From positions 81,633,150 to 81,697,149 of the forward strand of contig JASCQW010000072.1 of NCBI GenBank assembly GCA_030264375.1: a stretch of 64,000 nt of DNA, in the 5' to 3' direction. Of the stretch, positions 10,387 through 23,399 are shown one piece after another. Under the pieces are notes generated by a model. The model saw only the letters and a list, made by a program, of their open reading frames with translations. It was not told the origin of the DNA and did not search any database. A program made the position numbers and the translations under genes. Position 1 is the stretch's first letter. Each line of letters opens with the position of its first letter. The DNA is from Carcharhinus longimanus. Taxonomy: Eukaryota.

Positions 10387-11005
10387 GATGGCACGATGGC
10401 ACAGTGGTTAGCATCGCTGCCTCACAGCACCAGAAACCTGGTTCAAAAAGTTAAAGTTTATTTAATAGTCAGAAGTAGGCTTACATTAACATTGTAATGA
10501 AGTTACAATGAAAACCCCCCACTCGCCACACTCTGGTGCTGTTCGGGTACAATGAGGGAGAACTTAGCCTGACCAATCCACCTAACCAGCATATCTTTCA
10601 GACTGTGGGAAGAAACCGGAGCACCTGGAGGAAATCCACGCAGACACGGGGAGAATGTGAAGACTCCAAACAGACAGTGACCTAAGCTGGGAATCAAGCG
10701 TGGGTGTCTGGTACTGTGAGGCAGCAGCGCCAACCATTCTGCCACAGTGCTGCCCAATTCCGGCCTTGGGTGATGGTGTGGAGTTTGCACATTCTCCCAG
10801 TGTCTGCATGGGTTTTCTCCGGGTGCTCTGATTTCCTCCCGCAGTCCAAAGATGTGCAGGTTAGGGTGAGAGGACTTGCTATATTGACCTTAGGGGACTG
10901 GAAAGGGTCATCACATGGGGTTATGGGAATAAAGCCAGGGTAGGACTGTGGTTGGTGCAGACTCAATGGGCCGAATAGCCTCCTTCTGCACTGTAGGATT
11001 CTATG
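10387..11005 (+). mobile_element. HE1-type V-SINE (type A), split at the B box
   Basis: Head 10387-10445 ends GGTTC(A); resumes AATTCCGGCCTTGG at 10756; ends GTAGGATTCTATG. Confidence 0.85.
10447..10755 (-). mobile_element. V-SINE tail type B, full length, nested
   Basis: Reverse complement runs from GGGCAGCACTGTGGCAGAATGG head to the ..TAAATAAACTTTAACTTT tail. Confidence 0.9.
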
Positions 11006-11655
11006 AAACAAGCAAGTGATCGCTAATTACATTACAGAATAATTTCTGATGAGATGCTGTGAAGACTATCTGCTTTGAAATGAATGATGGTTATAGATTG
11101 CAAGTCATATATTATGAGGCTTTGTTTTGAATATACATTTAGCTTTGTTCAGTGATGATGATAATTGTGCATGTTATCTCAGATATTGATCCTCAATATT
11201 CCTGAACTAAAGGAGGATGAAAATAATAAGAGAAACGGTGGTTCCAGCTCATGATGAATAGTCATTGATTCCTGCTGTAAATTGTACACTGGGCAAAAAC
11301 ATTTAGTCACTTCCCACAATCAAAAAGTCTTTTGAAAAGAACAGCATACACTCTTAGCACAGAAAGGGAGAAAATTAGGAGAAAAAACACAACTATTACG
11401 CCTTTCAATAGAACGTGATAATTCACCATTTAGTTCAGTCTCAACGTCTAAGCTCGCTGAGTTTTCCCCAAATAAGACTGGTGTCTAGTACCAGCCTGAT
11501 TTCCAGGGCACAAACCCAGTATACTTGGTAGTGCATCTTCCTGAAGAAGTTCCATTAAGAGGTCGCTTCCAGAGACGGTATAGCCTAGGGATTTGGCTAT
11601 ACAATCAGGTGAGAGGGTCAGTCAGAACGGCCAAAGTGAAAAGCAGCCAGCAGAC

Positions 11656-11731
11656 TCTCTGTGAATGGAGGAGGAGATGTCTGGATCAAGTGAATTCTCT
11701 GTGAATGGAGGAGGAGATGTCTGGATCAAGT
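11656..11731. repeat. Perfect 36-bp direct repeat (2 copies, 4-bp spacer)
   Basis: TCTCTGTGAATGGAGGAGGAGATGTCTGGATCAAGT at 11656-11691 and 11696-11731. Confidence 0.95.
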
Positions 11732-12589
11732 TGCCATATTACTGATGGGAATGGCAGCCAATTCCTTATGCCCAGTACTATCTAAAGGGTCTGTCTACAG
11801 ATAATATGCACATTTGTCTGTGAATGACCTGATGATTGCCAATCTTACCCTTTAAAGTGACTACTGCATATGAATCTCATGGCACTCCAGCCTCCTGCTG
11901 TGTTCTCAGCTCCTATGAGCCAATGCGCTGCAGACACAGCATGGGTTGCAAACATCACTGGCAAAATTTCATTGCCTTTCAAAATTACTTGCCTGCCTCT
12001 AAAATTACCTTAATTGACTTGCTATCGCTGACAAGTGAGTTGCCATCATCACTCTGAAACTGTCTCTGGTAGAAGTGCAAGGCAATGGAAACAGGTAGGG
12101 GAGCTTCTCTGAAGCATTTTATGCCATTTTCTTGCCCCAGCTCCCAGGTGTAGGACAGCTCACCCCACTATCTGTATTATACGCGATTATCATTCAAGTA
12201 ATAATCAACTCATCAATTCCTTCGTTGAATGTTCAGTTTCAAGTGCAATTAGCTCCCCAGCTATCTCCATCACAAATATTAACAAAATAATCCCCAGAGA
12301 AGTGTTTTATCCTTTTTCATTTTCTCCTGCTTGCTTCCAATATCTTGCCATAGTGAAAGGTCGAATTACAGAGGTTACTTAACCACAGCTGAGTCCAACT
12401 TGGTCTTCATGTCAAACATATACATTTCCAGACACCTACTGAATCTCTATAATCAAATCTTATTTCCACAGAATATTGTGGTTATGAATTTATGCACCAT
12501 GACCAAAATGCCAAAAATTGGCTTGTATTCTCAGTAGACTGAGAGTGCCTGTGTAAATGCCATGAATTTCCTTTCATAATTCCAATTAT

Positions 12590-12840
12590 GGGCAGCATGG
12601 TGGCACAGTAGTTAGCACTGCTGTCTCACACTGTTGCGTGTGTTTGCCCCGGTTTCCTACCACACTGTAAACATGTGCAGGTTGGGTGGATTGGCTATGT
12701 TGAACTGGTCCCAAGTGTCCAGGGATATGTAACTTAGGTGATAAATGAATGGGGTTATGCCTGGATAAGATGGTCTTTTGGAGAGCTGGTGCAGACTCAA
12801 TGGGCCAAATGGCCTCCTTTTCACTGTGGGCATTCTATGA
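12590..12840 (+). mobile_element. HE1-type V-SINE with internal deletion
   Basis: GGGCAGCATGGTGGCACAGTAGTTAGCAC head; GGTGCAGACTCAATGGGCCAAATGGCCTCC..ATTCTATGA tail. Confidence 0.85.
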
Positions 12841-13639
12841 AATTTTATGGAACCCAGTTTATAATACCACGTTGACGCGAAGAACAAATTTCTACATATT
12901 TGTGATTGTTTTAGTACTTGTCTGTCCAGAATGATTGGATGGCACTGTAAAAGATGGCATTCGAACATGCAGCAATATTTTACCCACAAACAGGCAGCTG
13001 TAACTAATTCCACATTTATTCCTTTGTACCTAATCCTAACAATTAAATAGCTCTCTCGGGTGTTGTAAAGCTTTCTCCTCTGCAATATAAATGTTCCTTC
13101 AATGCTCATTGTACTGCTTCAGATCTCAAAACATTCAGTATCGATTATAATGACTTTTAGGATGAAATAATTCATCATCAGAAAGTGCGTGGCAATTTTT
13201 CTTTCTTGGAGAGAAAAAAGATCTGTGAACATTTTCTTTGCCATGATTGTATCACACAAACAAATGACATAATTCCATTCTGTTCTTTTGGCATCGATCA
13301 GTTGGAGGATTTGCCATTTTTGATTTTCAAGGAGAAGCTTAAAGGAGAGAAAGGTAATAAGCAACTGAAGCCACAGCTGCCAGTAGTATGGTGAAGGGAA
13401 TGAGGAATGCATAAGGATCCAGAGCTGGCAGAAAGCAGAGTTTCTACAGCATTTGTATGCTAATTAGAGATAGTGAGAGAAGTTTGCCCCAGTATATATT
13501 TTAAGCATAAGGTACACGTGTCGAGTGGAGCTCTCTACACTCAGCTGTCATGTTTATTTTGCTGTCAATCTTGATCGGCAGCAGTAGAAGCACCATTTTG
13601 TTGGTTAGGTGCCAGTCTTATGGTTCGATGGCCGCACTT

Positions 13640-13940
13640 AAACTATTAAAACAGAATGTGTTAACTTCAAATCCCCTTCCAGAATTGCAAGTTTACAATC
13701 TAGACTGTTACATCAGTGATGAGGAAGCACTGTATTTGTGTAACTGCGGTCCGTCTAATGAGAGGTTAAACCCAATCTGCTTTCTCAGGTGGATGCAAAT
13801 GATGCGGGACCTCGCTGCGTACAAACTGGATGTTGGGTTCCTTTACATCACAAGGTTACTGCTTTCAAAACTACTTCATTGGCTATAAAACAGTTTGGGG
13901 CAGTTGTAGGGAGTGAAAATCACTGTAGGAAAGTTCTTTC
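13640..13940 (+). mobile_element. DeuSINE (SacSINE1-like), degenerate and internally deleted
   Basis: ATGAGAGGTTAAACC..TCTCAGGTGGATG core; tail CTTTCAAAACTACTTCATTGGCTATAAAACAGTTTGGG. Confidence 0.6.
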
Positions 13941-14247
13941 CCTTGTATCCTCAATGTTGAAATTAATGTTAGGCCAGCATTTCCAATTAACTTCATTCTT
14001 TTCCAGAACCTCAATGCTGTTAAAATTCCTGAACTTCTCTCAGCCAGTTCTTCCTTCCAACTACAGGCCCTTGAAACCGCCAAGTGTGAAGATAGTTAGT
14101 CACCATTGATGTCCCAGCCATCCCTTTTATTCTTTTTGTTGGGTTTTTATTAATGAAATAAAGGCATCAATTACTCAAAATATTTTGTAAACATATTTGT
14201 TGTTCATTTATTGAGATGAAGCTTATGAGAACATTTACACAAACATT

Positions 14248-14760
14248 TACACTAAGGAAATTTGTCATGTCAGCTACGACACTCACCAACTTTTACACTT
14301 GCAACATAGAAAGCATTCTCCCTGGTTGTATTACAGCTTGGTATGGCTCCTGCTTTGATCAAGACCACAAGGAACTACAAAAAGTTGTGAATGTAGCCCA
14401 ATCCATCCTCCCATCCATCAACTCTGTCTACACTTCCCTTTGCCTTGGCAAAGCAGCCAGCATAATTAAGGACCACACACACCCTGCACATTCTTTCTTC
14501 CACCTTCTTCCATTGGGAAAAAGATACAGAAATCTGAGTTCATGCACCAACCGACTCAAGAACAGCTTCTTCCCTGCTGCTGTCAGACTTTTGAATGGAA
14601 TTACCTTGCATTAAGTTGATCTTTCTCTACACCCTTGCTATGACGTAACACTATATTCTGAACACTCTTGTTTCCTTCTCAATGAATGGTATGCTTTGTT
14701 TGCAAGACACAATACTTTTCACTGTTAATGTATGTGACAGTAATAAATTAAATCAAAACA
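14248..14760 (+). mobile_element. Rex1/Babar-like LINE 3' end
   Basis: LRKF..TLTNFY..IESILPGCITAWYG..HPAHSFFHLLPLGKRYR..RLKNSFFPAAVRLLN; tail GTGACAGTAATAAATTAAATCAAA. Confidence 0.88.
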
Positions 14761-15519
14761 AACAAACATAGAAAACTTGAAGTCATTAGCAGTAGAGCTA
14801 TATATACTGTGCTCTGCTCACAGGCAAGTGAAACTGAGACTGGATCATGTGACACATTTCCCTTCTCATGTTGACATGCTGCTATACATTAAAAGAATAT
14901 CAGCCATTAAAACGCTTGTACTGCACACTTTGGACCTTTTATGAAGACTTTCAATTTTAAAAAAAGGAATCAATATATAATCCTCCAGCATTAGAAATGA
15001 GATAGAGACAATAAAACAGGTAAGAGTCAGTGCTGAAATTCTGAATTTCTTGCTATGAAGAATCATTACAATAAACGTAGGGTTTGGTTGAGAGATGATT
15101 GCACACCTAGGCGAAGTGAGAAGATATTAAACTGACAGACTTCAAGATTTAATTAATCCACATAGATCCTCTGATGTCCCTAATATATATTTCAGTGAGA
15201 GAAATTCATTTTGAGAGATGGGAAAAACAAGGAGAAATGATACAATAAGAAAGGAATCTAACTTTGAATTTTCCTCTGAAGGTATAAGGTATAAGCATTT
15301 CAGCTATTATCTAACTGCAAGGTTAGTATTTCATGTGAAAATTAAAAAGAAGAATATCCTTGGAATTATGCTTCATGATTTGCAGTAGTGCACAATTTTC
15401 CAAAATGAAATTGGACGATAGTTAAGGGTCTATAGCAGAGCATGCTTCTAAAACTGCAAATGCTTTATATTATTGATGCTAAGATGCCAGACTTCCTTTA
15501 CTCGTTTGAAGGTCAATAG

Positions 15520-15790
15520 AAATGTAGCCATATTGCAGTCTTGCTCCAGGCTTGAGCTCATGGTCTAGGTTGACATGTCACTGTAATGGAGAATATTCTG
15601 AATTGTTCAATGTGCAAATGTTTGAATAAGACCATATCTTCTGTTCAAAGTGTATATGAAAGATAAAATGACACCTTTCAAAGAGCAGGAAGTCCTCCCA
15701 GTGTCCTGGTCAACAATATTTCTCCCAGTATTTTCTCAATCAACACTACTAAAACTATTCAGTTATTTCATTACTATTTTGTGGAATATG
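15520..15790 (+). mobile_element. DeuSINE (SacSINE1-like), degenerate
   Basis: CTCCAGGCTTGAGC..CTAGGTTGACA..AAGAGCAGGAAGTCCTCCCAGTGTCCTGGTCAACAATATTT..CAACACTACTAAAAC. Confidence 0.6.
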
Positions 15791-17135
15791 GGTATAATAG
15801 AGGATTTAAGCACTTATCTGAATATTCTAGTGCTTGCTCTATTATGGAGTATGCACTCAGTAACACTAATCCAAGAACAGAGAGAGAGACGGAGAAAGGA
15901 ATGGATTTGAAATCCTGGAAGAGCAAACCAAATACTTGGCAAAAGAACATATTGATAAATAGGAAATTTGGGAACTTCTGTCTTGGACTTTCGGCATGGG
16001 ACTTGATGCTTACACAGACTGTAGACGTACTCAGGTATCTGTTTCAATACTACGTCTAAACAGGTGACTGAGTAAGCACACAGATCCTAGACGTGATTCC
16101 AATCTCTCTCCCTTTCTAGAGTTTAACATATGACTGGTGTTAATTTATGTCATGATGATGTATCATTAACATATCCCATCGGTTAACTCTCTATATTACA
16201 CTTTTCATAACCAAAAATTTCCATCAATTGCTTGTGACACCACTATTGGCTACTGCAGTGGTAGTTGAATGAAGTATTTACACTTGCTCAAGTTAAATTC
16301 ATTCCAGGTCCAAACCACCGCAAATATGCCAGCCCTCTTAAATGTTCTTTTTTAAATAGCATGATTTTCACATGGTCCTGTAGTTAAAAAGATCAAATAT
16401 TTGATTAGCAACAAAATGATCATCAGGCCTAATCCTGGAGCTGTCCATCACTCCACCTCACCAGCCACAATCAAGCGATAGCTTCTTTTCAGCTTTTAGC
16501 CAGACAGTCAGATGGAACACACATTGTTAGCAAGGCGTTGAATTGTGGGAGAACGAGACATAAGTTGGCAGGGCACAAATTGCCCTGCTTGTTCTCAGTC
16601 ACTCACAAAACAACAGGCTTCAGAAATGCTAACTCCTTGCAGTATAAAAGTGTGGTGCCTCAAATAGCCACAGATAGATTTACTTTGAAGACTATGATAC
16701 TCTTAGAACCTCCAACTGAGGTATTTTTCCTTCCACTATCTGCAACCACCATCGTCTCAAACTTTACCTATGCTGGTCAAAAAGAGAAAATACATTTTTA
16801 GGAAACAATAAAAAGCCCACAAGTTTGACAATGAAAGCCATCTAACCACATTCCTTTTATAATCATTTCCCTCTCCAGAAGCAGCTCCAGTATTCTCCTG
16901 AACCCTGTCCACTTGAATGAATTCGGTAATGACCACTTGTGAGATGGTATGAGGTGGTAACAAGAGTGCATGTTAAAACTTAAAGGAGGTTTGAAAGGAT
17001 TCTTCATACAGCCAGCAATTACTGGTCAACCAAAGTCCATTTTTCTTAAAGAAAGGATTTAGACTGCTCCTTGAAAGATATGGAAGAAAACACTACCTGC
17101 TGTATGGGTCAAATAACGTGTTCCAACATTAAGAA

Positions 17136-17307
17136 TTCATAGAACCCCTACAGTGCAGAAGGAAGCCATTTGGGCCATCAAGCCTGCACTGACCACAATC
17201 CCACCCAGGCCCTAGTCCCATAATCCCTTGCATTTACCCTAGCTAGTCCTCCTGACACTAACGGACAATTTCGCATGATCAATCCACCTAACCTGCATAT
17301 CTTTGGA
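17136..17307 (-). mobile_element. HE1-type V-SINE, 3' half
   Basis: CATAGAACCCCTACAGTGCAGAAGGAAGCCAT..CAATCCACCTAACCTGCATATCTTTGGA. Confidence 0.85.
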
Positions 17308-18961
17308 TTCTTTGTTACATCTATTAATTCTCTATCATAATTTCTTCTATCATTTTACAACTATTTGGATACAATGCTTCTGTTGATAATATTTACTCCA
17401 TCACATAGTTCAATGAAACTCTCCCTTACATTTTCACACATTGTGTTGGAGGAGGATGTTTGACTTCCTTCTACAGCACCACAATGTGGTTGAGACCAAG
17501 AACCAAATAGATTGGGTGAGAAGCGGCATGTATAAAAGTCAAACACATTTTTAAGCATTACATAATCCTCTATTCTGACTGGATGTTGTTTTTGTACATT
17601 TCCTTGTCCTCAAGCAGAAAGCATCTAGACAGAAGATTTGGTCCTTCCTGGCATTACCAGGTGCCTGCAGTGCAAACTGCTCAAAATGCACTATCTAACC
17701 TTCTTTACAGATGTCATGGATGCATGACCATTCTGTGACCAAGATAAAATTCTATATTTATGTGCAATGCCAGAGACAGAACCCTTCTTTGACTACATGA
17801 ATGGAAAGTACATCAGCTTTAGGCTTCATTTCTCTCCTTTTTGGAACCTGATACATGGGACAAACTGATTGGAATGCTAGCTGAGATGGCTCCTCGGATT
17901 GACAGTTCTAGAATGTGAGCAGTTGCATCTCACTGACTGCTGGCCCATGTTCAAATCTCTAATATGAATGCAATGCACCATCCAGCATTTCAGCTGAAAT
18001 CTTTCATGACCAATGGACTACACAGGACATCAAATGTTTCAAGTGTCAATGAATATAAATATATATATAGTCCACTAGAAAGCATATTCTGTGATTATGG
18101 GCTGTCATCTTTTTTTAATAGTGTTTCTGACTTGGCAATTTTAGCTCTGATGACAGTGAAGCTCCCCCAGTGCAATGCAACAGACCTGGCCATAAACTGT
18201 AAGGCACCAGACATGAAAGTCTGTCTGCAACAGCACTTTAAAAAAGGACTAAAGGAGACTAAAAAAAAACAATCTTTTGCAAAGCATTCAATTAAAGAGC
18301 CAAGCAAGTTTGGAAATCTCATCTCCTGGACCCTGATGCATAGTCCTCTGGGTGAGCAGCCAGAAGATAGATTAAGTTAACCCAGGAAGCTAAGCCCCAG
18401 AACCCTCCATATCCTCTCCCCGTATTTAGATTAAATTTTCATTTAAATGATTCTAAAGCATTTTCATCTAACACCATACCAGTAAGTTCATTTCACGTGT
18501 GAATAACAACTTCTGGGAAATTTATCTTCTATTAATTTAAAATTCTGTCCTCTTGTCCCATTGCACAAGTCTGCTTTGTGATAATGCTCATGTGCTAACT
18601 TCCCTAAACAATTTACTATCATAAATGTCTCAATATCGTTAGCTCAGAGTCCCATTTCTCAATGACACCAGATGCAGAAATACAGGATTGCGTATTATTA
18701 CTGCATGACTAATGACCCCAATCTACAGTTTAAAGTGCTTTAACAAATTGGCTATTGACATTTTCCAGTATATTATTTCCTTAATTTGCATTGTAATACT
18801 TTGATTTTTTTTCTTGGCTCTTTCTCATTTTGAGCCATGGCCAAATTGAACTTTAGAATTTTGTAATTAATCAAATATTATGAAAAGAACAGTACATGTC
18901 CGAAACCTTCAATCTAGCTGGTTGTAATTTCTTGCCATTACAATGTACATAGACATATAGA

Positions 18962-19735
18962 CACAACCATCTTCAGCTGCTTCATCAGTGACCTTCCTTC
19001 TATCACAAGGTTAGCAACGGGGATGTTCACTGATGATTGCAGAATGTTCAGCACCATTTGCAACTCATCAGATACTGTCGCAGCCCATGTCTAAATACAG
19101 CAAGGCATGGACAACATCCAGGTTTGGACTGATAAGTGGCAAGTACAGCCATTGCTATGTAGACATCCTATCAGTTATTGATGATGAAAAATGGAACTAG
19201 ATCAGTCATATAACTACTGTAGCTACAAGAATAGGTCAGAGGCTGGAAATCCTGAAAGTCAGGAGTATGACGGAATACTCTCCACTCATCTGTATGAGTG
19301 CAGCTCCAAAAAAACAGAAGCTTGCTGTCATCCAGGTCAAAGTAGCTCACTTCATTGGCATCCTTTCCACAAACATTCACTCCCTCCACCACTGATGCAC
19401 AGTGCCAACCAAGGCTCCTTAAACAACATCATCCAAGCCCATGACTACTACCATCTAGAAGGACAAGGGCAGAAGGCACATGGGAAAACCACCATCTGGA
19501 AGTTACTCTCCAAGTTGCTCATCATCCTGACTTGGAAATATATCACAATTTCTTCACTGTCGCTGGATTAAAATCCTGAAACACTCCCGAGTGGCACTGT
19601 GGGTGTACCTACATTACATGGACTGCAGCAGTTCAAGGAAATAGCTTACCACCCATCTTCACAAGGGCAGTTAAGATTGGGCAATAAATGCATGCTGGCC
19701 TAGCCAGCAAAGACATCCCTTGAATTAATAAAAAA
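18962..19735 (+). mobile_element. CR1/L2-group LINE family 2, RT C-terminus and 3' end
   Basis: TIFSCFISDLPS..GMFTDDCRMFSTI..DNIQVWTDKWQV; tail GGGCAATAAATG..GGCCTAGCCAGC..CATCCCTTGAATTAATAAAAAA. Confidence 0.8.
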
Positions 19736-20169
19736 ATTCAATCACATAATACAAGCAGTTAAAGTTGACACTTTCTTATAGTTCTGAGTAGCTGGACAGG
19801 AATCTAGGATACTGTTGAATCCTGTAAGCAGCTGTTCGTATGCATACTACAAATGAAAGGAAGCCAAGGAAGGGGCAACAATTTTGTATATGTGCAATTG
19901 TTAAGTCTTTTCAGTTATCTCCATTGAAATGCTGAAAAAAGATATATTGGTCACAAAAGACTACAATCACAATAAATAATTTTTAATGCTGTGCTGTTTG
20001 CCAGCTTTTGCATTCAGTTCCGCTCAAAACTAAATGTACAGAAGCCCTTCAATATACTAGGTATCATTTCACAGTTTGTACATGACAAAACTCAAATGTA
20101 GCAAACAGCAAGGAGAACAGTAACAGCTATTTCAGGAGGACATAGATAAATTTGTGAAATGGACAATGT

Positions 20170-20396
20170 ACCCAGGTTTATTTCCAGCCTGCGGTAACTG
20201 TGTGCAGTTTGCATGTTCTCCCCATGTCTGTATGGGTTTCTTCTGGGTGCTCAAATTTCCTCCAAAGATGACCAGGTTAGGTGGATTGGCTTTGCTAAGT
20301 TGTCCCTTAGTGTCAGGGAGGGTTAGCCAGGTAAATACATGTGGTCACAGAGATATGGCCTGGGTGGGCTTGCACTTTAGGGATTCTATGATTCTA
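20170..20396 (+). mobile_element. HE1-type V-SINE, degenerate
   Basis: V core GTTTGCATGTTCTCCCC..GGTTAGGTGGATTGGC; tail GGATTCTATGATTCTA. Confidence 0.8.
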
Positions 20397-20424
20397 CATG
20401 GCAAAGTAAATTTAATGCAAAGAA

Positions 20425-20893
20425 TGCCAGATGGGATGTACCCCAGGATACTGTGGGAGGTGAGGGAGGTGATTGCAGAGCCCCTGGCGATGATCTTTGC
20501 GTTGTCAATGGAGACGGGAGAGGTTCCGGAAGATTGGAGGATTGCGGATGTAGTTCCTATTTTCAAGAAAGGGAACAGAGATAGCCCGGGAAATTACCGA
20601 CCGGTGAGTCTGACCTCAGTGGTTGGTANNNNNNNNNNNNNNNNNNNNNNNNNNNNNNNNNNNNNNNNNNNNNNNNNNNNNNNNNNNNNNNNNNNNNNNN
20701 NNNNNNNNNNNNNNNNNNNNNNNNNNNNGGTGGAGGCGAACTCGCTGGGGTCTTTTAAAAGACTTCTGGATGAGTATATGGGATTTAATGGGATTGGGGG
20801 TTATACATAGGTCTATGGATTGGTAGGTATTGATGTGATCGGCGCAACTCGTGGGCCGTAGGGCCTCTTTGTGCTGTAGTGTTCTATGTTCTA
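20425..20893 (+). mobile_element. Young CR1 LINE, 5'-truncated; middle lost in gap 20629-20728
   Basis: PDGMYPRILWEVREVIAEPL..VPEDWRIADVVPIFKKG..GNYRPVSLTSVVG; 3' end GGGCCGTAGGGCCT..GTTCTATGTTCTA; CpGs retained. Confidence 0.92.
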
Positions 20894-21249
20894 AATGAGA
20901 AACTTTGCATTTTTGAGTCAAATATGCCATATTCAGAAATGAGGGTAAAAATGTGATGGGTTTTCATGCCATTGCAAATAGGAAAGAAGAATCCCAACAT
21001 AGTTACCAAACCTGCAGCAAGTGTGGTGTTGTTGCTATCTGACGCACTGACCTCTACCTTGCAGAAGCTGAGTATCAATCCTTTCCTACCATTCTTGTAC
21101 CATGACCTCAACACCAAACACTAAGCAGTTTTTTCCAGTATTGTCACTAATTTCATTTTTTCTGGAGATCTTCCCTCTAGCTTCCCACCTTCTCCAACCT
21201 CAAACAATCCTCTTCGACCTCCTCCCCAAAATCCACAGATTGATCCATT

Positions 21250-21445
21250 GTTGCGCAGGTTAGGTTGACTGGTCATGCTAAATTGTCCTTTAGTGTCAGG
21301 AAAATTAGTAGGTTAAATATGTGGGGTTATGGGGATAGGGCCTGGATGGGATTGTTATCATGGGGATAGGGCTGGGTGGGATTGCCATCGGTGCAGGCTC
21401 AATGGACCAAATGGCCTACTTCTGTACTGTAGGAATTCTATGATT
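21250..21445 (+). mobile_element. HE1-type V-SINE 3' half inside the PLE, with a ~30-bp tandem duplication
   Basis: GGTTAGGTTGACTGGTCATGCTAAATTG; ATGGGGATAGGGC..GGGATTG twice; tail GGAATTCTATGATTC. Confidence 0.85.
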
Positions 21446-22874
21446 CAGCCTGTTTCTTCCCCACTGACCTCATTTTTTCAGTATTATTTCTTCTTCTCTT
21501 GTCTAGTCCTTTCCCACCTACATCTATGGCCACTCTAATACCCTATGTCCGTTTAACATTTTCCAGTTTTTTTGACCTAGTCATCACCTTTTCAATATAT
21601 ATGGCCAATCCCTCTACACCTCCATCCCTAACCAGGATGGTCTAAGGGTTTACCCTTCTCCCTTGAATGGAGGCCTGACAGTCCCACCCATCATCAACCT
21701 CATCTGCTTGGCTGAACTTGCGTCCGCACTGAACAATTTCTCCTTTGTCTAATTTCCTCCAAACAAAGTGTTACAATGGATATCCGCATGCATCCATGTT
21801 GTCTTGTCTTTTTGTGGGGAATGTGGAACATTCCTGGTTCTGTTCTACTCAGGGCCCCCTCCTCCAACTCTTTGGCTGATATTTTGATGACTGTTTCTTA
21901 TTATTGCCCAGATCTGGAAATTTTAGTAACTCTGATTCCAAATTCCATTCTTCACTCACATTCACATGGTTCATCTCTGACACTTCCCTTCCCTGACCTC
22001 TGTATCTCCATTTCTGGGGATAGACTGTCTATTAATATTCAGAGTCCACCAACTGCCAAAGCTACCTCAACTACACCTCCTTACACCTTGAATCCTGCAA
22101 GAATTTAATTCCATTCTTCCAGTTTCTCTCTCCAACGTGTCTGGTTCTGAGGATGTTACCTTCTACAACTGTACGTCCAACACGTCTTCCTGTTTCTTCA
22201 ACTGGGGATTCCCAACACTGTGGTTCACAGGGCCGTCAATTGTGCCCGATCCACTTTGTGTACTTTAGCTCTCATCCCTACTGCTCCATCAGTAGCCACA
22301 GCAGGGTTTCCGTAGTCCTCGCGTTCCACCCCACCAGCCTTTACATACAAAGAATCATCCTCCACTATTTCTGTCAGGTCCAGCATGATACCATCATCAT
22401 ATGCATCTTTCCCTCCCCTCCTCTGTCAGTATTTTGAAGGGACCATTCCTTCAACAACACCCTTGTCCAATGCTCAATCACTGGCAGTACCTCATCCTTT
22501 TCAAATGGCATCTTCCTGTGCAATCGAGTCAGTGTGACACCTGCCCTTATAGCTTGTCTCTCCTCATCTTCCAAGGACCTAAATATTCCTTCCATGTGAG
22601 GCAGGGAATTAAACTGTACTGCTTTCAATTTAGTATCTTGTATTCACTGCTTACAATGCAGTCTCTATACTGGGGAGACCAAAGGCAGATTGGGGAAATT
22701 GTTTTATGGAACACCTCCTCTCACTCAGCAAGCATGATCCCAAGTTGCTTCCCACTTTAATTCACCAACTTGCTCTTACACTCATATTTTTGTCATTGTC
22801 CTGCAGCAGTGTTCTAGTGAAGCTCAACACAACTTCTAGGAACAGTACACCTCACTTATCTTATTTTTAGAAAC

Positions 22875-23194
22875 TTATTCTTTCATGGGATGTGGGCGTG
22901 ACCAGTAAATCAGCAGTTATTGCTCAACTCCAACTGCCCTTGAACTTATTAGCATGCTAGGACATTTTAGAATGCAGTTAAGAGTCAACCACATCATTGT
23001 GGGACCAGAAAAGAATGGCAGATGTGTATCAGATAGGTTACAGCAAATGATGATTACAGAGACCAGCTTTCAATTCCGGATTTTATTCACTGAATTTAAA
23101 CTCCACCAGCTGCCATGGTGGGACATGCACCATGTCCCCGCAGCATTTCCGTGACTTCTAGATTGCTAATCCAGTGGCAACACCATTATACCAC
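22875..23194 (-). mobile_element. tRNA-headed SINE family 3 (tail shared with LINE family 2)
   Basis: Reverse complement starts GGTGGTATAATGG and ends CAAGGGCAGTTGG..CCCACATCCCATGAAAGAATAA; similar to 61245-61555. Confidence 0.65.
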
Positions 23195-23399
23195 CGTGTT
23201 CCTCTCTTCCGATAACAGGAGTTCAAAAATTTCAGACCACGCACTCTGTTCCCATGTTGATTTTTTTTTTGCCATGTGCCAGTCAAAATCTTGTTTTTCA
23301 TGTTTTTTGCTTTCAAACAAAGCTATTTGTGAATCAGCCATTCACGCACTCACTCTGGACAAATGCTTTGTCTTGTCATCAGGAGCATTACTGTTCTCT

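Noticed and set aside
14216-14614. 132-aa ORF resembling a gene
   Set aside because: It is the C-terminus of a Rex1-like LINE, with paralogous pieces at 52866-53238 and 59975-60085.
14985-15024. Short exon-like segment (IRNEIETIKQ|GTAAGA)
   Set aside because: Weak acceptor, an in-frame stop just upstream and no partner exons; a similar weak candidate lies at ~16879-16925.
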